NCBI GenBank assembly: GCA_951406725.2
Contig: OX597825.1
Span: 22,754,001 to 22,818,000 of the forward strand
Direction: 5' to 3'
DNA length: 64,000 nucleotides
DNA from: Octopus vulgaris
Taxonomy: Eukaryota
Part shown: piece by piece, positions 41,829-56,911 of the stretch
Layout: each line of letters begins with the position of its first letter
How positions within the stretch are numbered: the stretch's first letter is position 1
Position numbers and translations under genes: made by a program
The notes under the pieces: model-generated
What the model was told of the DNA's origin: nothing
The model's database searches: none
The model's input: the letters and a program-made list of their open reading frames with translations, nothing else

Positions 41829-41952
41829 TCATAGAGCAGTGGATAAAACACCTTGTATTTTTCTAAGGCAATGGGCTCAAATCACACACGAAAAGAGACT
41901 TATGCAACGAGGACCATACATCATACAGTATCAAACATGAAATCGTCACTTC

Positions 41953-41958
41953 AATAAA
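41953..41958 (+). terminator. Candidate polyadenylation signal for the GPCR
   Basis: First AATAAA, ~125 nt after the stop. Weak evidence in AT-rich DNA. Confidence 0.3.
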
Positions 41959-42031
41959 ATCGGATTCATGGTCATATACATAATGTAATTATAAAAAATA
42001 TATAAATATGCATATATACATATATATATAC

Positions 42032-42150
<119 letters not shown>

Positions 42151-43107
42151 GATGTGAGCCAGAAAATGGAATTCCGAGAGCACTTGACTCAGAAACACTA
42201 ATACTTTTTCACTCACCATGTGTTCGTATCTTACAGGTGAGATCTGTAGAATCAATTACCATGCACTATAGTGCAGATACGTCTTCTCAGGTCGATTTTC
42301 AAAAAGTATATCGTTTTTTTACGTGCAGTTCTTTTTGTATCTCTAACAATACATTTTAGTTAGTATGGCAGTTCATCTGTCCCCATAATGAACTGAGATG
42401 GAATGAAAGAATCTTTCGCATATAAGCAATAAAAACATAAAAATTCATAATAAAGTAAGCGGCTGGAATACTACACAAAAATAAAATGCACTGTTAGAAA
42501 TCAATAAGCGAAACGGCAAGTAAAAGGCGAACTCTTTCTTGGAAAGTTCTTTCTGTAGAAGTATCTGCATCTATAATGCATGTAAATCGATTATACATGA
42601 TCTCACCTGTAAGGCACGGACGTAAGACGAGTCGAAATGATTGAAGAGGCTCTGAATAAAGTCTTGTGGATTCAATTTTCTGTCTCTCATCTTTGTATAT
42701 AAACGCTACGGACACAAAGCAATTACTGAACTAAATCCAGTGGCATATTGCTTCCATGTTGTTGTTGACACCAGGTAGTCGAATACTGAGGACAGGCTTT
42801 AAACAGCATACTACAAGGAGTCTACCTGAATAATATAAAAGTACTACTAAATATGCTTACATATACATATATAAATATATGTATGTATGTAAATATATAT
42901 ATATATATATGCATGTATATCTACATATGTATATATATATATGTGTATGTGTATATATAAATATATATATGTATATATATTTAAATATATATATGTATAT
43001 ATATATAATATATATTATATTTATATAATATATATATATATATTTATATATATATACATATAATATAAACATTATAATATGTATAATATATATATACATA
43101 TATACAC

Positions 43108-43203
<96 letters not shown>

Positions 43204-43239
43204 TTATCAGTATAATTAATTAATTGATAATTATTCCAT

Positions 43240-43295
<56 letters not shown>

Positions 43296-44276
43296 ATGTG
43301 TGTATACATATCTTTTAAAGGCTTATATATATATAAGAATATATACGAGGCCATTACAAAATGATTGTTGGATTTATGTTTGTTGTGTTATAGCTACCGT
43401 TCGTTTCTAAAGCAGCAGAAGACGCTGTACCAATCATTATATTGTACGCTGTAACGAGCCATTAGCGTTTGGATACGTAATTCTAGCTAGTTAAAAACAT
43501 AGACATATATGTATTTGTTTATATATGTCGATATATCAATCACAGTATGATACATAACTGCTCAAATCATTTATGATATATATATATATGTAAAAAGAAA
43601 AGCAAACAAACACATTGTATCACACGTTTTATTGAAAATTTATTTTGTTACAAACTAGTATTTCGAATTCCAAATGAGTATTTGATTTGTTAAATTAAAA
43701 CAAAATATATATATACATATGTATATATGTATACAAGAAAAGAAAAAAACTGTTGTTACCAAGCATTAAATTTTGCATAGAATTTATTTTTAAAATACGA
43801 ATACGAAAAGAGTTTTGTGAGATCTACTATGTTTAGATTTCACTGTATACATAACATGAAAGTTTCAATTGAACAAACATTACTGATGAATATGAACTGA
43901 GTATAACTTTATAGCATATTATATATTCCAATTAGATATTTCCAGCACATTGCGACCAAGACATATATCGTATATGAAAGAATATCATCATATTGACTGT
44001 AGTGATTGTTATTATTTTTTATTGACTTTTCATCAAAATGCCACGATCTAACAAGGTGGACTGAAAATTCAAAAGTGTACAACTACATTTTCTACACACA
44101 CGAAACACTACACGCGTGTACGCGCGAACATATACAGTCACACAGACACAAAACCCCTCCCCCAACACACACACACAGACACACGGGCACATACACACAC
44201 ATATATATATATATGTATATATATATACACCCATATATATATATATGTATATAATATATATATATACATATACATA

Positions 44277-44315
<39 letters not shown>

Positions 44316-44816
44316 GCACACATATACATCTGTATATATTGTATGTATATATATATATATATATAAAAAGTAAACTAAATTACATGTACAAATATATAAA
44401 ATAATTTGTACAATGTATATATGTATACATATACACACACACATATATATGTATATGCAGATATATATACATATATATAGGTGTGTATATATATATATAT
44501 ATGAATATACATATGTGTGTGCGTGTATACATATATATATATATAGTTGACATCATGAGAATTTACATATTTCGTGAAAACATGAAATAATTCGTTTTAA
44601 TGGTTGCACCCAAACTACAAAAATTTATAAACAATAGCTTGCAAATATTTGGCTAAAAACCCCTTTGTCAAGGCGGATTCGACGGTAGCCTTCTTATCCA
44701 TCTACCCAGAGTACTTTTTATCCAGATATTGACCTATTATTATTTCTAACTTCCCTACATCGATTTCAAACGTTGAAAAACGAATTACGCATGCACAAAT
44801 ACATATACCACAAACA

Positions 44817-44877
<61 letters not shown>

Positions 44878-44904
44878 CTGTGTGTATATATATATACATA
44901 TATG

Positions 44905-44959
<55 letters not shown>

Positions 44960-44970
44960 ATAAATATATA

Positions 44971-45016
<46 letters not shown>

Positions 45017-45569
45017 TATATGTATGTACGTATATATGTATATATGTATATATGTATATACATATGAGGCTTACCAGCCACGACCCTATATAAACGTAAA
45101 CTGACAGAGCAGGAAATTGTGCAAACTTAAATATATGAATGTGCGCATGAGCATATGTGTCGTTGTGGCTGTACGTATGTGCGTACGCGCGTGCACGCTT
45201 GTACAGTCGATCGTTACACAAAACAACGTTTAAATTTTTTCCAAGTTCCCCCATCACTTTGCCACAGCAGGACTGTCAATCGAATACGGTGCATGGCAGA
45301 AGTTCGAAGCTATGGAGAACATTTTGTTTGTGAAAATTGTTTTTTTGTTATACGCATTGCAAATAAGTATTGCAGCATATTTCAATGAACGTTTGACGGT
45401 TAATAATTTAAGTATGGTTGCAGAGAAGTAACGAAAACATTGATGAACACACAAAACAAATATAGATATATTATACATGCTCATATCATTACATATGTGC
45501 GTTTCAATTTTTACATACATACACATCTATCAATCTAATCTACATATATAATACCGAGTAATGTAACAT

Positions 45570-45615
<46 letters not shown>

Positions 45616-45658
45616 GTCATATATTATACATACATATATATATATACATAAATATATA

Positions 45659-45699
<41 letters not shown>

Positions 45700-45717
45700 A
45701 TGTATGTATGTATGTAA

Positions 45718-45752
<35 letters not shown>

Positions 45753-45985
45753 TATGCATGCATGTATGTATACGGAGCAAAAATTAAAAATGACAATAAC
45801 AGGCGATTGCAGGTCGCCTCGAAAATACATTACATAGCTGAAGGATTAAAATTAATCAATGCATGTACTAAGTATGTCTACCTGCTGAAAATAATAGTCA
45901 AAACTCTTATTCAAATTTTACTCCTTCAGCTATATATATATATACATATATGTATATACACACATATATGAAATGCTATATGTTC

Positions 45986-46039
<54 letters not shown>

Positions 46040-46056
46040 AATACATATACACACAC

Positions 46057-46097
<41 letters not shown>

Positions 46098-46266
46098 TAT
46101 TTATATGTACACCATCATAAATCTGTGTGCATGTACTTACGTGTTGAACATACTAAATATCTCGGAAGAGAGGAAATAGTCAAACAAAAAGCTTTTCTGT
46201 ATCTGCACAATTAAGTCAAACTTGTAGACAACTGTTTGTTATGCAAAGAAATTAATGTTTTATATA

Positions 46267-46377
<111 letters not shown>

Positions 46378-46383
46378 TATGTA

Positions 46384-46430
<47 letters not shown>

Positions 46431-46885
46431 ATATGTATGTATGTAATATGTATGCATGTAAGTTCGTATGTTAATATAATGGAAATAAGAGAAAATGGAC
46501 AGGATGCAAAATGACATACATCAGCTGGTAGAATTCCAGTGTGACATTTTATTCAAGACCATCAGAATTAGAAGTGTACATACACATGTAGTAACCATAT
46601 ATTACACACGCATGTGTATATACACTAATATTTTCTAATACTTTTGAATATATAGACAATGTCTGCCAGCTTGTTAATGTCGTTTTTGCATTCTATCCAT
46701 TATCTTATTTGCTGTATAAATTAAGGGTAAACCACTTTTTACCCCCACCCATATATGACTCACACTTGCGAGATTGCCACACATTAACAAGCTTTTGGGT
46801 ATGAATAATTGGATACACTGCCAGCAGTATATTGAATAGGTAATATTCCATAGTTGGTTGGCTTCCCAACCTCTAACTCTCACAG

Positions 46886-46952
<67 letters not shown>

Positions 46953-46963
46953 TATAGATATAT

Positions 46964-47008
<45 letters not shown>

Positions 47009-47018
47009 CATACATACA

Positions 47019-47312
47019 TATTGTATATAAATAGAAGGGGCAGGCAACAGGTTGCTTAGCCGCATACCGAAAAAATTAGAAATAGCAGTCGGAGACTGTT
47101 TATTTCTATTTTCTACAAATGGGACTCCACATACGACATATCCCTGTAATTCACATATTCCTTCTGTTTTGCATATGTGAATTACAGGGATATGTCGTAT
47201 GTGGAGTCCAAATTGTAGAAAATAGGAATAAACAGTCTCCGACTGCTATTTCTAATTTTTTCGGTATGCGGCTAAGCAACCTGTTGCTTGCCCTTTCTAT
47301 TTATATACAATA
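47019..47312. mobile_element. ~294-bp fold-back palindrome in (TA)n
   Basis: Arms 47019-47158 / 47173-47312 with a 14-nt loop. Shares GGCAAC...TTGCTTA.C.CATACCGAA...TTAGAAATAGCAGTC with 22651. Confidence 0.85.
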
Positions 47313-47444
47313 TATATATATATATATATACTGAACTTTACAGAGGTTCCTGCCGTTAATGGTTATATTTACATGCCGAAATCTACCAGTAAATTATTGT
47401 TGGTTTTTTGAAAAACCATCGAAGAAATTATTTACTCTTATTAT

Positions 47445-47557
<113 letters not shown>

Positions 47558-48065
47558 GTATATATATATATGTGTGTGTGTGTGTGTGGTTGCTGTTTGT
47601 GTGTGTGTAAAACAAAAATCAAATGACTAGTAAAAGTAAGTAATTAATTCAGCGTGTACATTTGCATAATTATTATCAGGGACGTTTAATTTCCAGCGCA
47701 ACTGTCTTTCATGAAACATATAATGATTTAGTTACAGTATTATTTCGATGACGTGCCTATGGACACGAATAACAAGATAACCAAACTATTGAAAAGTAAA
47801 ACGCAACTGATACACGCACACATCGCGACGTTTTGCATGCATATATATATGTACGTATTTTGTGTCATATATATATATATAAACATATACATATATGCAT
47901 ATATATATATAAACGTATACTTAAATATGTATATGTACTTATATATTTAATTATATATACATATATACATATATATACACATATTATATATATATATATA
48001 CTCATGTGAATATAAGTACACGTATATATATATATATATGCATATTTTATGAATATGTATATATA

Positions 48066-48116
<51 letters not shown>

Positions 48117-48203
48117 TCTTGCATATGTATATACATATGCTTATGTAAATATACATACACATACGTACACACTCACATACACACCCATATATATATACAT
48201 GTA

Positions 48204-48280
<77 letters not shown>

Positions 48281-50835
48281 TCAATCCATATAAATGTATA
48301 ATAAACGTGTGGGCATTTTTATGAACTTGTGTTTGGTTTTCCAAAAACCATTATCGTTACATAAATGACGAGGTATCTATATTTCTGAAAACACATTTCT
48401 CCAAAATTTCCCTCATACCGAACCAAAAAGAAATTTTAAAATAAAAATTATACCATTACATAAACAAAAAGAAACACACTACCAAAATAAGTGCAATCGG
48501 TCGTAAGAACCATTGAAATTCAGAAATATAAATGTCTTGAATTGTTGTCTACGTTACATAAACTTTTGCAGCCGGCAACCTCGTACATTTAGACAGTTGC
48601 TATATTTAGAAAAGCTGCAAATTACACACTAATTTCAAATGAAAAATCAATATTTACCATACATATTCTATCCAGTGCGCCCAATTTGCGAAGAGCGGGA
48701 AAAAATGCTTTTTTGTAATTGTTTAATTTTTTTATTTTTGATTTTCGATTTGATTTTTACTCTGATTTAATCTTACCTCTGACCATATATGGGTAGCAAC
48801 ACTTTTGGTACGTTATATTTTCAGTGAATGTACCCGTTCCGATTCAGATTCGAATCTCAACTGAAAAATCATTTTTTTTTTCTTTAGTGAAAAGACAGTA
48901 AAACGAAGACATTATCCATGTCTACCTTGCCCTTCTGTACATTTTCATACGGCTTTTAGACCGAATTTTAAATACCAAAGAGAAAAACAATTGTCATGTA
49001 CTCACCAGTACCCATTTTCTTTCCTGTTTATTCAGTGATATAGTGTTTATAAAGTGATACAGTGTTTCTGAGCTCATGAGAATTTGTAAATAAACGATGA
49101 AGTAACCGCAACGTTGTTCCTTCATATATATGCAAACACATACTCAAATATATAGACATATATATATATATATACACACCACAAACACACAGACACACAC
49201 ACAGATATTTATTTATTTATTTATTTATTTAATGACATATGCATACAACACTTACATAGATAATTCCGAGTTTCTCGCCAGCGACAATAGAATAAGTTGC
49301 AATCGATAAACTTGGAGTTCTGAATCTGGGATTTCCATGCCCATCACATTTGACAAATTTTGTTCTCTATTTCCAGCGATATTGAGGTCTGCGTCTTTTC
49401 TCCTTTTGATGTCGGTAAATTATATATATATATATATATATATACATCCGTGTGTTTATACATATGTGTGTATACATATGTGCGTGTATGTATATATATA
49501 TGCATGTATATATATTTATATATACATACAACCATAGCTTCTTACATACGTGCATATATATCTATGTACACAAACAAGTTTTTTTTCTCGAACAAAAATT
49601 CAATCTTGTGTAAGAGTGCATCTCCAGTTTTTGAAGTGGTTGGTTAAAAATGGATATTCTGTGTTAAGGTAAAGAAATGTATTTCCCCCCACCCGTTATT
49701 TTACGTTTTGGTATATAATTCACAGAGATATTTATGTTACTGATAACTCAAATTCATTATGGAAGAAGCATTGGAATTACTGTAAATGAATAAGGTGTGT
49801 ACAGAAAACTTGGATCAACATCATTGGTTACATAAGCTAGACAACATATGTACATATCCTAGATTAATTGACATATATATTACCTTAGAGTCAACTCTGA
49901 ATTTCAGCACTTCAAAAGTGAATTGTGGTCAAACGACAGAGGCAAGTGTGTATAGCTTGGTAACATTGTTTGAAGTGTCTATGGCTTCACGTGCAGATAT
50001 GGACAATCGACGCCCTCACCCTTAAGCCAGAGAAAATAGCCAGGATGCGATAGATCTGCAAAGAGAGGCAGAAAGAACAACAGAATCTCTTGATTGATAC
50101 TGATTTTAGCCGAGAAGACTAAAGCAACGTGAAATGAATTGCCTTGCTCAAGCACTTTTCATATAAGGAATTTTAGTCGATATTACGTAGATAGAAGCGC
50201 ACATAAGTTAACCTAGTCAATAAACCGTAGATATTCTCTATTAGGGTTTTAATGATACCATAATAAATCTCTTTCCTCAAAATTTTATTTTTATTTCCCC
50301 TCTAGTTCCCCTAAAGTTTGCGATTTATCTTATAGGGTATTATTCTATCTTCATTATGGGAGATCAGTGAGATGAATGCATCCTGATCAATTTAAGGTTG
50401 TTTTACTAATAAATATATGAATAAATTTATTCCTGTATATTCTAAAAAGGTCATTCTATTTTTAAATGATACCAAAACTATAGCCATATCGTATTTCAAA
50501 CTAATCACTCCTATCATAGACACAAGACTACATGTGTCTCCCTCACCTAAGCTATACTTTTAAGAAGGACCATCTAACACTGAATTCCACAGTTCGTTTC
50601 ATGTACCTGAACGGGTAAAACCTTCAACAAACCTGCATAGTAAAGTTGACCCGGATGAATATATACTGCGACTGAATCAACCAAATGCATAGAGATGCTG
50701 CATCAAAGGACGTTTGGACATTTATGCAGCAGAAACACGTGTCGGATTGGAATCTTATGTGAATTTAATGAGAATATTATTGTAATAAACAAGTTTTGAA
50801 AATGTATAAATCTCCATTCTTTTTTATGATATTTT

Positions 50836-51068
50836 GGCAGCGAGCTGGCAGAAACCTTAGCACGCCGGGTGAAATGCGTAGCCGTATTTCGTCTGCCGTT
50901 GCATTCTGAGTTCAAATTCCGCCGAGGTCGACTTTGCCTTTCAACCTTTCGGGGTCGATTAAATAAGTACCAGTTACGCAATGGGGTCGATATAAACGAC
51001 TTAATCCGTTTGTCTCTTCTTGTTTGTCCTCTCTGTGTTTAGCCCCTTGTGGGTAGTAAAGAGATAGG
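50836..51068 (+). mobile_element. SINE family B, full length
   Basis: Matches 36930-37157. Confidence 0.85.
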
Positions 51069-51655
51069 TTATGTACACTGTATGCTGTATAAAAGCCACT
51101 GAAGCGAGCACAAGATTTGACTACTGAGTCAATTATGCACATTCCCCACTGATATATTTGTGAGGTTTGAGTATGAAATCTCTGGATATTTACTTACTTA
51201 TCCAGGATAAAACACTTCCAAAGACTCCTCAGATTCTCGTCCCCGTAGAGCATTGCTGACTGTAAAATTATGGTAAGTGTTTGTAGATCCTCGGAATATA
51301 CGAGTGAAGAGTTAATCAAAATAAGTAAGCTAATGATAATGAATGAAATCAGAGCTATAAAGATATCTGTATTCTTTTACAGCGGATATTTAATAACCGT
51401 ATAAAATCTTCGTGATAAATCACCTTTTGCATATAACACAAGCGAGTAACAAAATTCTTATGAATTTCTATTATTTGAAAAGAAATATTTCATTTCAAAA
51501 TATTATAGGATTATAAAGAAACATAGCTATGGTGATACAATATCCTTATCGCTGTTTTCATTTATTGTCATTACCTGATATGCCTAGATTAACAATTCAG
51601 ATGCATTGTTCAAAGATTCCACTGACTTATCTCATATACATACATACCCACATTG

Positions 51656-51712
<57 letters not shown>

Positions 51713-51797
51713 CGTATGTATGTATACATATATATATATGTGTGTGTGTGTGTATATATATATATATGTATGTATGTATATATATATATGTATACAA

Positions 51798-51856
<59 letters not shown>

Positions 51857-51908
51857 CACATACTTATCTGTTAAAATTAAAATATAGTATTTGGTATACA
51901 TATATATT

Positions 51909-52076
<168 letters not shown>

Positions 52077-52148
52077 AAGTGAGAGTACATTATGCACCTG
52101 TTTGATTGAAAGGAGAATAAACTCTCCAAAATCATGTATCTCTCAGCA

Positions 52149-52352
52149 TATGTAAACATGCACTAAGAATGTAGCAAATGCATTTAGAAAAAAGGGTTCT
52201 TCGAGTATGTAAATCTTCAAAAACGAAGGTAGATATCCCAGTATCAATGGCTTTCGTTTCCTGTGTTGAATTGACACTTAAAGCAAATCAGCTAAGCTTA
52301 CTATGTAAATTGTTTTGAAAATATATATTTACCTTTCCGTGCGCGTTTGTTC
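52149..52352 (-). mobile_element. MITE, inverted diverged copy of 52493-52690
   Basis: AGAATGTAGCAAATGCATTTAG...GGTAGATATCCCAGTATCAAT...GTTGAATTGAC aligns to the reverse complement of the right copy. Confidence 0.6.
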
Positions 52353-52492
52353 AGCTAAAGGCTTCCAAACAAACATTAGTGAGCAAATATAAATTCAAAA
52401 TTCAAAATATGTTATCATTATCTATAAAAAAAATAGACCAAATATGCAAAATATATAGAAGAATAAATCTCTCCAGAATCAGGTACCCCTCG

Positions 52493-52690
52493 CTGTATGT
52501 AAACGCGCGCGGAGAATGTGAAATCAATTTACGTAGTAAGTCTAGCTGACCTGATTTAAGCGTCAATTCAACATAGAAAGCGAAATCAATTGATACGGGG
52601 ATATCTACCCTCCTATTTGTAGATTTACTAACTGGGAAAACCGATTTACTAAATGAATTTGCTACATTCTCCGTACGTGCTTACATACAG
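52493..52690 (+). mobile_element. ~200-bp MITE with ~27-bp TIRs
   Basis: CTGTATGTAAACGCGCGCGGAGAATGT / ACATTCTCCGTACGTGCTTACATACAG. Confidence 0.65.
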
Positions 52691-53491
52691 TAAAAAAGGA
52701 GAGTTTTATTCTTTCAAGTAAACGGGTATATATTGTAACCTGACTTTTAATATATATTTCGCATACTTGGATTATGTTTGCTGGCCAATTTATCATTATT
52801 TTTTTAGATAATGATAACTTATTTGAATTATATATACATATATATGTGTGTGTGTGTTTGTGCATATAGCATAATGCACACAGCCTACCAAACGCTACCA
52901 AGAACACAATATAGACATACACAATAGCTTCATAAACACAAATACACATACACACGTATACCGGTTTCACAATTCCATACGCATACATAAGCCAGGTTCA
53001 AAATTCCACGCGGACACATACACACAAACACAAATGCACATACTCGTACTTGGCACTCACGCCTAAGCCAACTTTCCACTACTTGCGGTCATTCCAGCAA
53101 GTCGTGTCAGTTACATACACGTGCGTTTCTAATTGATCATTTTTCCTTTACTTTGTCTATCCTTTACTTTAGAACTGTAAATATTCAAAATATACGAAAA
53201 CAAAATGTTTCCGTCTTTTTTGCCCATCTCTTGATCGTCAACGAAATACATTCTATGTCTCCCATTTTTACCTCGTCTTTGCAGTGTGCGTGTGTGTGTG
53301 TGTGTGTGTGTATGCGTGCGTGTGTGTATATGTATCTATGTATATATATATATATATATATATATGTTTTTAGTTTTCATTCCCTGCGAGAAATTATACT
53401 TAAATAGTGGTTTGGACTTTAACTTTTCTTTCTAGCGTAAAGGATTCCTATGATGGAAGCCTCTTAATGTGTTTTAATGCACACTGTATTT

Positions 53492-53563
<72 letters not shown>

Positions 53564-53737
53564 CTTGTATGTGTATATATATATATATATATATATAAAA
53601 TGAAATATATAAAATGAAAGAAAGAAAATGGAAAATTATGGATGTATAAATAATTTATTTATATGATATCATGCGGTGAGGTTGAAAGATTGTTATAAAA
53701 TACATACATATATCTATACACACATATACGTATATAC

Positions 53738-54189
<452 letters not shown>

Positions 54190-54190
<1 letters not shown>

Positions 54191-54584
54191 GGCGCAGGAG
54201 TGGCTGTGTGGTAAGTAGCTTGCTAACTAACCACACGGTTTCGGGTTCAGTCCCACTGCGTGGCATCTTGGGCAAGTGTCTTCTGCTATAGCCCCGGGCC
54301 GACCAATGCCTTGTGAGTGGATTTGGTAGACGGAAACTGAAAGAAGCCTGTCGTATATATGTATATATATATATATGTGTGTGTGTTTGTGTGTTTGTGT
54401 TTGTCCCCCTAGCATTGCTTGACAACCGATGCTGGTGTGTTTACTTCCCCGTCACTTAGCGGTTCGGCAATAGAGACCGATAGAATAAGTACTTGGCTTA
54501 CAAAGAATAAGTCCTGGGGTCGATTTGCTCGACTAAAGGTGGTGCTCCAGCATGGCCGCAGTCAAAGTAAAAGAGTATAAAAGA

Positions 54585-54585
<1 letters not shown>
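54190..54585 (+). mobile_element. SINE family A, full length (reference copy)
   Basis: tRNA-like head GGCGCAGGAGTGGCTGTGTGGTAAG...GGGTTCAGTCCC, an internal TA/TG microsatellite, and a tail ending GTAAAAGAG. Confidence 0.9.
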
Positions 54586-54624
<39 letters not shown>

Positions 54625-54629
54625 GTATG

Positions 54630-54713
<84 letters not shown>

Positions 54714-54714
54714 C

Positions 54715-55910
54715 GTATACCCAGGCCTATTCCTTATTTCTTTGGGTGGGTAACCACAAAAAGACACACGTCAGGCATTCCATTCATTTCCCAGCTTAAA
54801 GAGGCGAGCTCACTTCTATGCTCGGGTCAAGGCACAGAACGCAACACCCAGCATCAGCAGCGGGGCCTGACAGCATATGCTGGTTCCGCATCCCTATTCG
54901 CAACATCAATTTCACTCATGAGGCCACAAACACTCTCCAAGCTTTCCTATCATTTATAAAATATCTTTCCTCTCTCATCCATCACCTCTAACTACCAAAG
55001 CATTCCTCTCTCCATTCATCCGCAGAAACCGATGTCTGCCTTCAGTTCTGTTGCCTACCACTTCAGCCTTCATCACCCCCCCTTACCATCCGCTCTTCAT
55101 CCATATTTTTTATGTGGCCAAACCACCTCAACATTCGTCTATCCATTTTGGTCGTTAGTTTTTCTCTCATTCCTGCTCGCCTTCACACCTCCTCATTTTT
55201 CATCCGGTCCATCCTATGACACCAACCATAGCCCCCATCTAGTTGCATCCTTTCCGCCTCTCCCAGCATCCATGTCTCTGCACCATATAATATTGTCGGC
55301 ACAATCACGCCCTCATACACGCCTCTTTCCCATTCCATACTCTCTTAGCATATCTTCCATAACTTTAAGTATCTTACCCCCTTCCCTCACTCTGTATCCC
55401 ACTTCCTCAGCCAAATCCCACATCCAACGTTACATGTGATCCCAGAGACTTAAAAACATTCACCTCCTCTAACATCTCACCATTTATACTCACATCCATT
55501 CTACCAGCCATTCCATCTCGTCGTCATACTCTTAGCTACATTCACTTTCAGTTTCGTCTTCTCACACACTCTTCCAGACTCTACCACCAGTCTCCTCAGC
55601 TCCTCCTTCGAATCCGCCATCAGTGCTGTATCTTCAGCAAACAACAACTGGCTCATCTGCCACTTCCCTCCATTTTCTCCCACCATTTTGACACCCCTAC
55701 CAAGGGCCCTAGCATTTACTTCTCTCACCCTCCATCCATATACAAATTAAACAGATACGGAGATATCACACAACCCTGTCTTAAAGCCCACCTTCACATC
55801 AAACCACACTCTTCACCACCCACCCTAACGCTTATCCTACTTTCCCTATAAAAACTCTGAACAGCTCTCAACAATCTACCATCTACTCCATGCAACTTCA
55901 AAACCTGCAA
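54715..55910 (-). mobile_element. 5'-truncated RTE-BovB-type LINE (RT C-terminal half plus 3' UTR), decayed
   Basis: Minus strand LRQGCVISPYLFNLYMDG, MREVNARALGRG...QLLFAEDTAL (FADD mutated), KLKVNVAKS, PTILYGAETW and LRWFGHI. The 3' end abuts (CATA)n. Confidence 0.85.
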
Positions 55911-56093
55911 GCTGATGCAATGAGACAGGTGTTTTTATGAAAACAATACAAATAAATTATAAATTAAAAAGCTCTAAAAGAAATGGCAGATACCAAAAAC
56001 CTACATATATGTTTCGATTCATACCCTTAGGTAATTCGTAATTCTAAGCATTTGGGTAGGGTCTAATGCGAAAAATTCGATACCTTATACAAC

Positions 56094-56149
<56 letters not shown>

Positions 56150-56185
<36 letters not shown>

Positions 56186-56371
56186 TGTGTGCGTTTATAT
56201 ATGTATATATTCTTTTATTCTTTTACTGGCCTCAGTCGTTTGACTGCGGACATGCTGGAGCACCACCTTTAGTCGAACGAATCGACGGTTGGACTCATTC
56301 TTTGTAAGCCTAGTACTTATTCTATCATTATTATTATTATTATTGTTATTGCAATATATATATATACATAC

Positions 56372-56440
<69 letters not shown>

Positions 56441-56505
56441 ATATATATATATACATACATATATATATATATATATACATACATACATATATATATATAT
56501 ATATG

Positions 56506-56562
<57 letters not shown>

Positions 56563-56618
56563 ATATATTGCAATAACAATAATAATAATAGTAATGATGA
56601 TGATAATAATAGTAATAC

Positions 56619-56689
<71 letters not shown>

Positions 56690-56865
56690 TAATAATACTA
56701 ACGATAGAATAAGTACTAGGCTTACAAAGAATGAGTCCTAGCGTCGATTCGTTCGACTAAAGGTAGTGCTCCAGCATGACCGCAGTCAAATGACTGAGGC
56801 CAGTAAAAGATTAAAAGAATATATACATATATAAACGCACACAGACACACACACATATATATATA

Positions 56866-56875
<10 letters not shown>
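56150..56875. repeat. ~720-bp palindrome: inverted duplication of a SINE A tail and its flanks around a central (TA)n
   Basis: 56175-56370 mirrors 56545-56860, including private variants (GGCCTCAGTC, GAACGAATCGACG, GGACTCATTC) and non-SINE flanks. Confidence 0.85.

Positions 56876-56909
<34 letters not shown>

Positions 56910-56911
<2 letters not shown>

Noticed and set aside
41249-41851. 200-aa minus-strand ORF
   Set aside because: Antisense shadow of the GPCR CDS with no recognisable motifs.
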